From Sphaerochaetaceae bacterium (GTDB lineage: Bacteria > Spirochaetota > Spirochaetia > Sphaerochaetales > Sphaerochaetaceae), in NCBI GenBank assembly GCA_963678555.2, contig OY782871.2, positions 24,432-88,431 on the forward strand: a stretch of 64,000 nucleotides of DNA, given 5' to 3'. The notes beneath the pieces were generated by a model, which saw only the letters and a list, made by a program, of their open reading frames with translations, was not told where the DNA came from and did no database searches. How positions within the stretch are numbered: position 1 is the stretch's first letter; every line of letters starts with the position of its first letter. This document shows positions 25,886 to 35,548 of the stretch, in pieces. The translations under genes were made by a program, and so were the position numbers.

Positions 25886-27124
25886 TCAAGAGCCGACAAT
25901 TTCCTTTGCATAGCTGAAGAGGGTCTGCACGCGGGCACTGTACGTGTTTTCCGTACTGAATGCAATGATTCGTTCTTTGAAAGACTCATAGTCCGCAGCA
26001 ACTGTGTCGATTGCAGCGGAAAAATCACCATCATCAACCAGATACGCATACGAGCGACTGTGTTCCACAGCGGGAAGGGGCGCGGAGATTGTCGGGAGAT
26101 CGGCGGCAGCATATTCGTAGAGCTTCAGCGGTCCGCAGGAGAGGTTGAAGGGAGTCATAGCATAGGGGATGATACCGATATCGCAGACAGAGAAGATCTC
26201 TGCGACTTCCTGACGGTTTTTCAACCCGGTAAAAAAGGTGTTTTCTGCCTTCTGTATGCGTGTATACACATCATGATACTCGTCCCCCGGTTTGATTCGC
26301 TCTTCACCGATAAAAACGAACGAATAGTCGGGATGTTCCCTGACAGCTTTCTCGAGGGCAGGGTAATCGATTCTTTGATTCATCATTCCGATATAGACGA
26401 TTCGCTTTCTTCCGATTCCTTCTCCCAGCGGGTCTTTGCCGGACTGTACCATATCTGTTTTTACCTGTTGAAAGAACCTCCTGTCAGCGGCATTCCTCAG
26501 CAGGAGAGTGGGCAGCAGCGGCTGGTATAGCTTCTCAAGTGTAGGAGATACTGTGCAGATGGCATCAGCAGTCTCACCGACCTCATCAATAGCCTTGAGA
26601 ATTGTCGCTGCGCGTCGGGGGTCTCCCACCGGGAAATTGTCACTGCTGAACCAGATTATCGGAAACGTATCGTTTCTGATATCACGACCCTGCTTTGACG
26701 TATCAAGCAGAAACTGGTCTTTGAGAGCTTTGACAAGAGGCACTGTTGTCGGTTCAGTAAACATCAGCAGCGGTTTCACGAAGCCGGCCCGGTGGACTGC
26801 CTTCAGTATCAGTTTCTTCATCCGCCTTACCGGCTGTTTCTTACCGGTATGTGCAGCTTCTCTCCAGTCCGGTCCCCACCCGTTGATCACCGTCAGCGGC
26901 ATGCTCTTACTTCGATGGATACCTGGTATAAAGCCCCTCAAAGCTGAAACAGTGTTCCTCAGCATGGCAAAGGGTACAAGGTTAATAAGAAAAACCGGTT
27001 TACCCAGGTCTGAAGTCATTTCATGGGCAAGATAGTGGATACTGTGTCCCTGATTCTTGCTTTTCCCGTCCCATAGATAGTTGGAGAGTATGATACAGCA
27101 GTCAAAATCGGTCGTATTCATCAT
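25886..27124 (-). CDS. Glycosyltransferase (GT1/GT4-like, TuaH-type)
   Basis: C-terminal half: IVYIGMMNQRIDYPAL..FVFIGEE..FTGLKNRQEVAEIF..DIGIIPY..KLYEYAAADLPTIS, a GT-B fold C-domain. Start ATG 27124 (MMNTTDFDCCIILSN) is preferred over the track start 27244. Confidence 0.6.
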   Translation of the reverse strand: MMNTTDFDCCIILSNYLWDGKSKNQGHSIHYLAHEMTSDLGKPVFLINLVPFAMLRNTVSALRGFIPGIHRSKSMPLTVINGWGPDWREAAHTGKKQPVRRMKKLILKAVHRAGFVKPLLMFTEPTTVPLVKALKDQFLLDTSKQGRDIRNDTFPIIWFSSDNFPVGDPRRAATILKAIDEVGETADAICTVSPTLEKLYQPLLPTLLLRNAADRRFFQQVKTDMVQSGKDPLGEGIGRKRIVYIGMMNQRIDYPALEKAVREHPDYSFVFIGEERIKPGDEYHDVYTRIQKAENTFFTGLKNRQEVAEIFSVCDIGIIPYAMTPFNLSCGPLKLYEYAAADLPTISAPLPAVEHSRSYAYLVDDGDFSAAIDTVAADYESFKERIIAFSTENTYSARVQTLFSYAKEIVGS

Positions 27125-27254
27125 AATTACGGAATCCTTTTCTTTTCGAAAGTTCATGGACACTACCATTCCAGAAGATACTTCAGCGCTCAACCGAAGG
27201 GGCAGTCTCTTCTGGAATGCGATATTCAGGGAACGAGTACTCACCCGGAAGGGT

Positions 27255-27980
27255 TTACAGCAGATTCCTGCGCATGAAGGACTCCTTGATCACCTCCAGG
27301 TTGGCCCATGAGAAGAAGACCATGACCAGGAGTTCGAAGGTCTCTTCAAAACAGGGCAGCAGGAAAAGCAGGAACAGCGTATGGTCCTGCTGATTCGTAA
27401 ATACCATCCCCTCAAACACATTCAGGATGATTCCCGCAGCTATGCTGAAAAAAGCCGCAAGATAGAGCAAGGTGATCTTTTTTCCCTTTCCTGCCAGACC
27501 AGCGGTTCTTCCCAGATCCCTCAACGTCCTGAAAGCCCATACTCCGGCGATACCGACAAGGGGTGCGAAGATAAGGATCCAGGCAAAGCCCAGGCTGGAA
27601 AAGATGGTGTCGTCAAGGATAGAAGCCCGGCTTGACAGAGCCTTCCCCAGAGCTTCATGAAGCTGAGCAGCTTCATCAGCAGAGAGAAAGAAAGAGAACA
27701 GGCCGATTGTTGTGAAAAACAGTCTGGAAAAACGGGAGGAGAATTCGACCCGTTCTTCCCATCCGATCAGCAGAAACGTCAGACCGGTGAAGGCCATGAA
27801 AATGGAAGAGAACCAGGTAGCAACATTCTGCTCGCGGCGAAGGTCAAACCGGTACCAGATAAAGTCCAGGCCGAGAAAACTCCATTCGGAAACGTAGGCA
27901 ATAAAGGTGCTGAGGGAAAATAGTGCTGTCGCCAAGACTACCAGCGTAAACAGTTTCCTCAAAAAATGATATGCAGACAT
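27255..27980 (-). CDS. Multi-pass membrane protein, unknown function
   Basis: AAGGAG upstream of ATG 27980. About 7 hydrophobic segments. No recognisable motif. Confidence 0.55.
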   Translation of the reverse strand: MSAYHFLRKLFTLVVLATALFSLSTFIAYVSEWSFLGLDFIWYRFDLRREQNVATWFSSIFMAFTGLTFLLIGWEERVEFSSRFSRLFFTTIGLFSFFLSADEAAQLHEALGKALSSRASILDDTIFSSLGFAWILIFAPLVGIAGVWAFRTLRDLGRTAGLAGKGKKITLLYLAAFFSIAAGIILNVFEGMVFTNQQDHTLFLLFLLPCFEETFELLVMVFFSWANLEVIKESFMRRNLL

Positions 27981-28540
27981 AAAGGGCTCCTTTCCACGTA
28001 CTTGCCATATAGTGATGCAACTGACACATGTTGTCAATTGATAGGTGTAACCGATACCCTGTACATGTAATGTGTATGGTATCAAGATGTGATGATTCGC
28101 GAGAAAAACGGTTGTGTACGATCGATCCTTTGTAAGCGGCAGATCCTCCCGTTCTGTTCGAAAAAGGCGGACTCAGCGCGCGGGAACTGGTGGAAATGAC
28201 CATAAAGATGACAGAGCAGGTATATCGCCGGCAATTCCGCTCTCTGAAGGTGTCCCTCAGAAGAGGTCTCTCTCCTGCTGAAAGGCGTCCTGGCCCTCTC
28301 CCTCAACGGATACACGTCGATCTCGATGTGCAGAGCGGTTCTGTATCTCTCTTTTTCCAAGGGGGGCGGTCTTCTAGCTCTACCTCGACGGCATTGTAGA
28401 AACGAATGCATCACACAGGAGGTTCGCAAAGGGGTCAATGAGATGGTTCGAGTGCAGTCGCCGTCGGCGCTGCAGACAACGATATTCGTTTCGCGCAAAA
28501 CGTTCCTGAATGATTCGATTCATGATATGATGATCTGCAT

Positions 28541-29881
28541 ATGAAGTTCCTACTGTTTTATCTGGCGCTGATCGTAGGTATCCCGGTGATCGCGGGAGCG
28601 ACAGCATTCTCGAAGAAGCTCAAGTACCTCGCTGTGATTGCCATGGTCACCAGCTTTCTCTTTAACTCACAGGTCAGTATCAACCTCATGTCCATGGAAC
28701 ACTACAGAGGCCCGGTGAGAGGCTTTGAGATCACCATTGCCGATATCATCGCAGTGGGTCTGAGTATCGGGATGATGCTCAGAGCCGGAAGCAGGATCGT
28801 CTGGAGACCACGGTTCACCATGCTGCTTTTTGCCTTCTTTGTGTTCTCCATCATCAATGTCTACCGCTCCGAGTACCAGGTGTACGGTTGGTTCGTTATC
28901 TGGCAGCTGTTCAGGATGGGCCTGATGTACTGGTGCATTTCCAACTTCTTCGCCACCGAGGAGTACAGCAGAACCTCGATCAGGGTCCTGATGAGTGCCT
29001 ACACCGTCACTGCCCTGATCCTTACCCTCATCGCTCTCAAGCAGAAGTACCTTGACGGAATATACCGTATCTTTGCGTTCTTCGACCATTCCAACACCGT
29101 ACCCTCCTTCGCACTCTTCTTTCTGTGTGCGATCATGGTCTGGGTGCTCACTGACTCTGAGTTGAAATCCATCCCGTTCTTCATTGCTCTGACCTCCGGC
29201 CTGGGGATGACCGTGGCGATCCTTGCGACCGGTTCACGCACCGGGATCCTCACTGCGGCGGGCTCACTCGTTGCGGCTCTCATCATCGCGAATTTCCGTA
29301 AGAAGAGCACCCGGATCAAGTATACGACGATCTTCCTTGCTCTGTGCATGGTGGCGGGAGGATTGGTCGTCATCGACACGGTGATCGACCGCTTCCTCAA
29401 TGCTCCAGAAGAGAGTGAGGAAGCGAGAAACGAATTCGAGATAGCGGCCATCATGATGGCAGATGATTATACTACCGGAGTGGGACTCAACCAGTACTCA
29501 GAGGTTCTCACCGTCAACGAAGATTATCGACAACATATAACTGTCATGAAAAATGAGGAGCAGGCGGGAGTGGCCCACCACATATACCTGCTCACTGCCG
29601 CGGAGATGGGCTGGTGGGGGATGTATATCTTTATGTTCCTCATCTTCCTCTTCCTCCTCTCGATGTTCGTGAACGGCATTTCCTGGAAGAGCATGGAGCA
29701 GCGTCTTCTGCTGGCTCTCGTGGTGGGGTTCGCTGCCGTGTTCGCCATCGGGATGTATGAGTGGGTGCTGCGGCAGTCTCCCGTTCTCTATCAGCTCACT
29801 GTAGCCTCGGCATTTGCCCAGGCCCTGATCACACGCGTACAGAACGGGAAGACCCGTACGAAGGAACTATCGTATGAATGA
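28541..29881 (+). CDS. O-antigen ligase / Wzy-like polymerase family membrane protein
   Basis: More than 10 TM segments. The FFDHSNTVPSFALFFL...GSRTGILTAAGSL region is typical of the Wzy_C/O-antigen ligase domain. Confidence 0.8.
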   Translation: MKFLLFYLALIVGIPVIAGATAFSKKLKYLAVIAMVTSFLFNSQVSINLMSMEHYRGPVRGFEITIADIIAVGLSIGMMLRAGSRIVWRPRFTMLLFAFFVFSIINVYRSEYQVYGWFVIWQLFRMGLMYWCISNFFATEEYSRTSIRVLMSAYTVTALILTLIALKQKYLDGIYRIFAFFDHSNTVPSFALFFLCAIMVWVLTDSELKSIPFFIALTSGLGMTVAILATGSRTGILTAAGSLVAALIIANFRKKSTRIKYTTIFLALCMVAGGLVVIDTVIDRFLNAPEESEEARNEFEIAAIMMADDYTTGVGLNQYSEVLTVNEDYRQHITVMKNEEQAGVAHHIYLLTAAEMGWWGMYIFMFLIFLFLLSMFVNGISWKSMEQRLLLALVVGFAAVFAIGMYEWVLRQSPVLYQLTVASAFAQALITRVQNGKTRTKELSYE

Positions 29882-31403
29882 TACCATGAGAGTGAAAGTG
29901 ACAACGATAAATGCGCTGACGAACTATTTCAGATTCTTTCTGACAATCGTCATCTCGTTCTGGCTGATCCCTTTCATTATCAGGAGCCTGGGACAGGAGA
30001 TCTACGGTCTGTGGGCTCTCAGTTTCTCGATTATCGGGTTCTTCTCCCTCCTCGACTTCGGCTTCGGTCTGGGGGTGGTGAAGTGGACAGGAGAGGCCAG
30101 GATCAACGGGAAGATCGAGTACCGAAACGCTATTTTGTCGACGGTCCTGTTCATCTACATTCTCCTTGCCCTGGCGGGCATGGCGGTTCTGGTACTCTTC
30201 GCGCTCTTCTACGGCAGACTCTTCTCTATCCCGTCCGAACTGGTTCCCGTAGCTGTCACCATCCTGCTGATCCTCGGAGTGCGTTCGCTGCTCATCCAGA
30301 TTCCGATGAGTCTGTTCAAAGGAGTCCTGTTCGGAGAGCAGAGGATCTATCTGATCAATATCATCCAGGTTCTCAGTACGGTGGTGTATGCCTCCTCTGC
30401 CTACCTGGCGCTGAGCCGGGATCTCGGCGTGGTGGGGCTTGCCTCGGTGAACTGCCTCGCCTTCTTCGCCGAGAACCTGCTGTACCTCTTCTTTGCCCTC
30501 AGGAAGACACAGAAACTGTCTCTGTCGCTGAAGAAGGTGAAGAGGCAGTATGTCAGGGAGGCGCTCTCGTTCAGCATCTATTCGTTCATCACGACCGTGG
30601 CAGGTCTTGTCCTGTTCCAGACCGACACGCTGATCGTGCAGCTGGCACTGAGTCTTGAGCTGGTCGGTGTCTATGCCGTGGCCCAGAAGATACACGAGTA
30701 CTCCTTCATGCTCTCAAAACAGCTGGTGAATGTGCTCACGCCTCTGATCAGTGAGATGAAGGAGAAACAGGAACATGGGGCGATCAGGTACCTGCTTCTC
30801 GACCTCTCCACCTATATCACAGCGACAGGGGCACTGATCGCCTTCACCGTATACGTCTTCGGTGGCGAACTCCTCACCTACTGGGTGGGACCGCAATTCT
30901 TACAGGCCACTGTTCCGCTTATGATTCTCATTACCTCCTTTTTCATTACCATACCGGAACTGATCGCCTCAAGTGTCCTGATGATGACCGGAGACCATGC
31001 CTTCACCGCGAAGATCTCGGTCACCAGCATCTTCGTCAACCTCGGCGTATCGCTGATCCTCGTGAGATTCCTCGGCCTGACGGGGATCGCGCTCGGCACC
31101 CTGGCCTCAGTGATCCTCAACAACGTCATCTTCACCCTGCACAGGGCCTCCCGCCTCTATGACTTCCCCTACCATCGCTACCTGACACAGGTGTATCTGC
31201 CGGTGATCCTCCCCGGAGTCGTGCTGTTAGGTGTCGGCTTTCTTGTGAAATACTACTTTCCTGTGCACAGTCTGTGGGATATGATAGGAAAGAGCCTCCC
31301 GGGAATAGGTGTGTACCTCATACTGTTCTGGATATTCTCAGTGGACAAGGCTATGAAACAGAAAGTGCGGTCGAAAATCGCCTTTCACAGGAACAGGAGT
31401 TGA
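29874..31403 (+). CDS. Polysaccharide flippase (Wzx/MOP superfamily)
   Basis: 509 aa, about 12-14 TM segments, with a polysaccharide-biosynthesis-protein-like N-terminus (INALTNYFRFFLTIVISFWLIPFIIRSLGQEIYGLW). Overlaps the upstream gene by 8 nt. Confidence 0.85.
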   Translation: MNDTMRVKVTTINALTNYFRFFLTIVISFWLIPFIIRSLGQEIYGLWALSFSIIGFFSLLDFGFGLGVVKWTGEARINGKIEYRNAILSTVLFIYILLALAGMAVLVLFALFYGRLFSIPSELVPVAVTILLILGVRSLLIQIPMSLFKGVLFGEQRIYLINIIQVLSTVVYASSAYLALSRDLGVVGLASVNCLAFFAENLLYLFFALRKTQKLSLSLKKVKRQYVREALSFSIYSFITTVAGLVLFQTDTLIVQLALSLELVGVYAVAQKIHEYSFMLSKQLVNVLTPLISEMKEKQEHGAIRYLLLDLSTYITATGALIAFTVYVFGGELLTYWVGPQFLQATVPLMILITSFFITIPELIASSVLMMTGDHAFTAKISVTSIFVNLGVSLILVRFLGLTGIALGTLASVILNNVIFTLHRASRLYDFPYHRYLTQVYLPVILPGVVLLGVGFLVKYYFPVHSLWDMIGKSLPGIGVYLILFWIFSVDKAMKQKVRSKIAFHRNRS

Positions 31404-31406
31404 CAG

Positions 31407-33662
31407 ATGGACAGTGAACCGGCAGCAAAACAGGAAGAGTTCAGACTTCCGATAGAATTGAAAACCGTTCTCAAGACTCTGCTGCTCAAAATCTGGTGGA
31501 TCATCCTCCTGTTCATCTTTGCCTGTGCCCTCGGTATCGCAGCGGCTCTCCATTTCGGATCCCAGATGTACGAGTCGACAACGGTGCTGTTCTATCAGCC
31601 GATCGAATCGTATGTGCCCGATACTTTCAGGATCTATCAGAGTATCGGGGAGGGAACCGACCTCAGCTATGAACAGGGTGCCGGTCAGCGCAGGATCGAA
31701 ATCACCGAGAACTCGATCTGGAACAGAGTCAACATGGTCAAGACACAGCCGAACCTTGAGGAACTGAGAAAGAGACTCTCTCTCGACCGGACGCTGCAGC
31801 AGCTGGGTGCCTCGATCGATGTGTGGGTCGCCCGTGATACGAACCTCATGTTCATCTCAGCCCAGTCCGGGGACCAGTTGGAATCTCAGCTCATTGCCAA
31901 CACGATACGTGATATCTTCCTTGAGACAATACACGCGCGGATTGCCGGAGAGATTCAGGAGCAGTTCCTCCTGATACAGCAGCAGGCATCGGCATCACGT
32001 GAGGAACTGGAGAAGGCGCAACAGGCCTTCGCCGAGTTCATCGAGACCTATGGTATCAAAGATATCGAGACTCAGACAGCCGCCTACGCAAGCGAGATCG
32101 CCAGCCTTGAACGTACCCTCCGGGAGGATGAGAACCAGATAGAGGTCTTCCAGAGGAGGATCGAACGGATCAGGGAGGAAGTGAAGAGCGTTGAGCAGTC
32201 GGACCTGAAGAAAGCGGAGGAGCTGGAGGCGGAGGCCGAGGTGCAGGGAATCACCGCCGATGAGGCTGCCTCACGGATCAGCCAGCTGAGTGAGAAGATA
32301 GATAGCATCAGGGCCGAGATCGTTGACCCGATCGAGCTGGCCAGGCTGAAGGATCTGCTTGCCATCGCCGAGAACCAGTATGTGCGGGGCTTGATTCCCC
32401 GGAGTGAGTACCTGAGTGCCTACTATGCGTATGAACTGAGACGGGCACAGATCACCAAGACCGAGGACATCGAGAGAGTGAAACAGGAGATGGAGGCGAT
32501 TCGCGCCATGCCCACTCGGGGAACTGAAACGAATATCAACGACAATGAGTACCTCCAGAAGATCAAGTACTCACAGCTTGAAAATGAGATTGAACTGGTC
32601 GGCCTGGAACTGAGGATCAAGGCGAATAAGCTCCGCTATGAGGAACTGACCGAAAACTACATCGACCTTCCGACCCTGCGTCAGACCTATGACAGCCTCA
32701 ATGGTGAGGTGATCTCCCTGCGGGCAGAGTCCCGCGGACTGGATAAGATCCTCAACAGCTACAGGATCGTTTCCGAGACCGATCACAGTGAGTTCTCCGT
32801 CATCAGCGAGGCACCGGTACCGCTGTTCCCCCTGGAATCGAACAGACGGATGATAGCGATAGCGGTCACCTTCCTGGTCTTCCTGCTTGGATTCATCATC
32901 ATGCTGGTGAGGATCATCACCGACACCAGTATCAAATCAGGTCCCGATGCAAAGCAGAAGCTGAACAGGGAGGTCACGGCGACCATTCCCTTCCTCCGCA
33001 GCAGTTCAGCGCTCGTGCCTGGAGAGAACAGCGAATCAGCTCATATCGAGCTGTACAGGATATTCGCCCGACAGCTCAGGCTGCAGCAGCCGCAGCAGGG
33101 AACGACACTGCTCATCACGAGCACCTCGAAGGGTGAAGGCAAGAGCACCGTGGCGGCCAACCTGGCAGCCGTCTATGGCCGTCAGGACGAGCACGTGCTG
33201 ATCATTGATGCCCAGATCAGGGCCAGTGAGACGCCCTCTCCCTTCCATGCCTACTGTATCCCTGAATCGCTCGATTCCCATCCGGACGGGATCGGGGAGT
33301 ACCTTTCCTACCGGGTCTCCTCTGCCGAGGAGATCATAAACCAGACAGTCCTTCCCGGAGTCGATGTGATACTGCGAAACGAGAAGGCTGTCATCCCCGA
33401 TCTGCTTCAGTCGGCCCGCATGGCATCTCTGATGGAGGAGCTCAAGCAGATGTACTCCATCATCATCATAGAGGGCGCCCCTGTCGAAGAGTGTGTAGAT
33501 TCGGAGATCCTCTCCACCTATTCGGATACGATACTGTATGTCACTGCCTGCGATATGCTCAGACCGCCGCAGATTCTGAAGTCCCTGAAACGTCTGAAGA
33601 AGACACCGACCCCTCTTCACGGAATTATCCTCACCAAAGTCAGGAGCGTGTATCTGGACTAG
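31407..33662 (+). CDS. Wzc/GumC-like chain-length determinant fused to a BY-kinase-like P-loop domain
   Basis: N-terminal TM, long coiled-coil periplasmic region, second TM, then Walker A TSTSKGEGKSTVAANLA, A' VLIIDAQIR, and a B-like IIIIEGAP. AGGAG lies upstream. Confidence 0.8.
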   Translation: MDSEPAAKQEEFRLPIELKTVLKTLLLKIWWIILLFIFACALGIAAALHFGSQMYESTTVLFYQPIESYVPDTFRIYQSIGEGTDLSYEQGAGQRRIEITENSIWNRVNMVKTQPNLEELRKRLSLDRTLQQLGASIDVWVARDTNLMFISAQSGDQLESQLIANTIRDIFLETIHARIAGEIQEQFLLIQQQASASREELEKAQQAFAEFIETYGIKDIETQTAAYASEIASLERTLREDENQIEVFQRRIERIREEVKSVEQSDLKKAEELEAEAEVQGITADEAASRISQLSEKIDSIRAEIVDPIELARLKDLLAIAENQYVRGLIPRSEYLSAYYAYELRRAQITKTEDIERVKQEMEAIRAMPTRGTETNINDNEYLQKIKYSQLENEIELVGLELRIKANKLRYEELTENYIDLPTLRQTYDSLNGEVISLRAESRGLDKILNSYRIVSETDHSEFSVISEAPVPLFPLESNRRMIAIAVTFLVFLLGFIIMLVRIITDTSIKSGPDAKQKLNREVTATIPFLRSSSALVPGENSESAHIELYRIFARQLRLQQPQQGTTLLITSTSKGEGKSTVAANLAAVYGRQDEHVLIIDAQIRASETPSPFHAYCIPESLDSHPDGIGEYLSYRVSSAEEIINQTVLPGVDVILRNEKAVIPDLLQSARMASLMEELKQMYSIIIIEGAPVEECVDSEILSTYSDTILYVTACDMLRPPQILKSLKRLKKTPTPLHGIILTKVRSVYLD

Positions 33663-33679
33663 ATGGAGACCTGAATAGC

Positions 33680-35548
33680 ATGAACACACAACGTATTGAC
33701 CAGATCTGTTACAATATCCTGCTGCCGATCGGGGAGTCTCTCGATCTGAAGAAGATGCTCGGCCGCTCTCTCGCGATGTATATCGGGGAACTCGATTGCG
33801 CTATGGGTGCGGTACTCCTTGTCAACTCTGGCGACTCCTCCACGTTCTCTCTTTCAAACGCATTTTCCATACCCAGGAATATCGAGGCGCAGCCTTCATA
33901 CAAGGCCCTCTATCAGGAGCTGCTCCACCATGACTTCTCGGGGGATATCATGATCCATGACCTTGAAGAGGAAGAGGGGCTCTACTATGTGATGAGTATT
34001 TCGGATATCGGAATCCTCGTGCTCTACAAGAGCGAGGGAAAGATCGAGGAATCCCTGCTGTCCGCCCTCCGTCCGATCAATCACAAGCTGGGAACGGCCT
34101 GCAGGGCCTGCCTGCAGAACACTGAACTGAAAAACAGCAGCAGACAGTTTATGGAGATGGCGAACCTGCTGCCCGGTCTCATCCTCGAACTTGACACACA
34201 GTACAAGGTGACCTACTTCAACAGAAGAACCCAGGAGATATTCAAACAGATAGACTCTGATGAGTTCAGACCGAAGTCGATCTTTGATTTCTTCTCCGAA
34301 TCCACACGCAGTGACGTCCTGGAGCTGCTCCACAGGTGCGAGATGGGGGAGACGATGACCAGCGGTGATTTCTGGATGAAGAACAGCCGGAACCAGACGT
34401 TCATGGTCAACCTGACCCTCTCCCCGATTAGGAGCGGCAGCGATTTCACCGGCTTCCGGGGAATCGCGATCGATATCACCGAGCGGGTCAAGCTGGAAAG
34501 GAAACTGCATCTGCGCGACCGTCTTTCCAATGCAATCACCCTCGCGACGCAGGAGCTGATCAAGTCCTCCGATTTCTCTCTGTCGCTTCCACGGTCCCTT
34601 CATCTGTTCGCACACGAAACGGGTATCGAGCGGATCAGCTATTTCAGGAACATCTATGACAGTGAGGGAACCATCGTCCAGGTGAGGCGGGAGAGTGAGG
34701 GCAATGAGGATGAATTTGACGGCCTGGAGGAGGATTTCCTCCTTCCCACGAAACAGACCTCTGTCCTGCTGGACCAGATGGAGAGCAATGAACTGATACA
34801 GTTGATCACCTCCACCATGGAACCGGGTCCCCTGAGAAGCCATCTGGAGACGAAGGGTATCAAGGCCCTGCTGTCACTTCCCATATTCGGAAAGGACAGG
34901 TTCTGGGGCTTTCTTGTCCTGAGCTACTGCACGACGGAGTATGTGTGGTCACAGGTGGAGTGCGACCTGCTCAGGCTGTACGCCATCTCGATCTCCGACA
35001 GTATCGAGAGGAAAGAGGCGGCAGATGAACTCCAGAGGGTCTATACCGGGATCATGGATGACCTGAAGATCGCACAGTCAATTCAGACCTATATGCTCCC
35101 GCCGTGGCTGCGTATCGATGATACGATCCTGTTGTCCGCGAACTATTCCCCCTGGACCACCATCGGGGGCGATCTGTTTGACTGCGTCAGGATCTCTGAC
35201 ACCCAGTATATCGTCTATATCGCAGACATCTCCGGTCACGGAGTGCAGGCGGCCCTGACGATGACAGCGGTGAAGTCCATCATCAACCTGTTCCTCCACA
35301 GTGAGCAGCTGCCCGACAGTCCGGCACAGATTCTCACACGGATCAACTCGACGCTGAGCAAGAGGCTGTTCAATGACAACTACATGACGATGAACTACTG
35401 CCTTGTTGACTTCGAGTCCATGACACTGAAGAGCTTCAATGCAGGACATCCTCCACTTCTCCTGTACAACCTGACCACCAGAGAGGTGACGGTCACTCGA
35501 CTCGGCCGGGTCCATTCCGATCGGCTGGGTGGAGGACTTCGTCTATAA
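33680..35548 (+). CDS. Sensor (PAS/GAF-like) - PP2C/SpoIIE phosphatase, N-terminal part of a frameshifted gene
   Basis: PAS-like LLPGLILELDTQYKVTYFNRRTQEIF, and PP2C motif GGDLFD..YIADISGHGVQAALTM. The frame ends in unrelated residues (RLGRVHSDRLGGGLRL*), while the phosphatase continues in the +1 frame from about 35490. Confidence 0.8.
   Translation: MNTQRIDQICYNILLPIGESLDLKKMLGRSLAMYIGELDCAMGAVLLVNSGDSSTFSLSNAFSIPRNIEAQPSYKALYQELLHHDFSGDIMIHDLEEEEGLYYVMSISDIGILVLYKSEGKIEESLLSALRPINHKLGTACRACLQNTELKNSSRQFMEMANLLPGLILELDTQYKVTYFNRRTQEIFKQIDSDEFRPKSIFDFFSESTRSDVLELLHRCEMGETMTSGDFWMKNSRNQTFMVNLTLSPIRSGSDFTGFRGIAIDITERVKLERKLHLRDRLSNAITLATQELIKSSDFSLSLPRSLHLFAHETGIERISYFRNIYDSEGTIVQVRRESEGNEDEFDGLEEDFLLPTKQTSVLLDQMESNELIQLITSTMEPGPLRSHLETKGIKALLSLPIFGKDRFWGFLVLSYCTTEYVWSQVECDLLRLYAISISDSIERKEAADELQRVYTGIMDDLKIAQSIQTYMLPPWLRIDDTILLSANYSPWTTIGGDLFDCVRISDTQYIVYIADISGHGVQAALTMTAVKSIINLFLHSEQLPDSPAQILTRINSTLSKRLFNDNYMTMNYCLVDFESMTLKSFNAGHPPLLLYNLTTREVTVTRLGRVHSDRLGGGLRL

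Noticed and set aside
29829-30695. Long antisense ORFs inside GC-rich genes (for example 29829-30695, 33896-34843, 33036-33689, 40128-40955, 37019-37543, 6231-6860, 52759-53634, 62182-62973, 45589-46257)
   Set aside because: Each lies opposite a gene with clear family motifs (flippase, PP2C sensor, Wzc-like, alkaline-phosphatase family, GT4, ComM, ABC ATPase, DeoR, sugar transferase). Their translations are Arg/Gly/Pro-rich and motif-free, which is typical of shadow ORFs.
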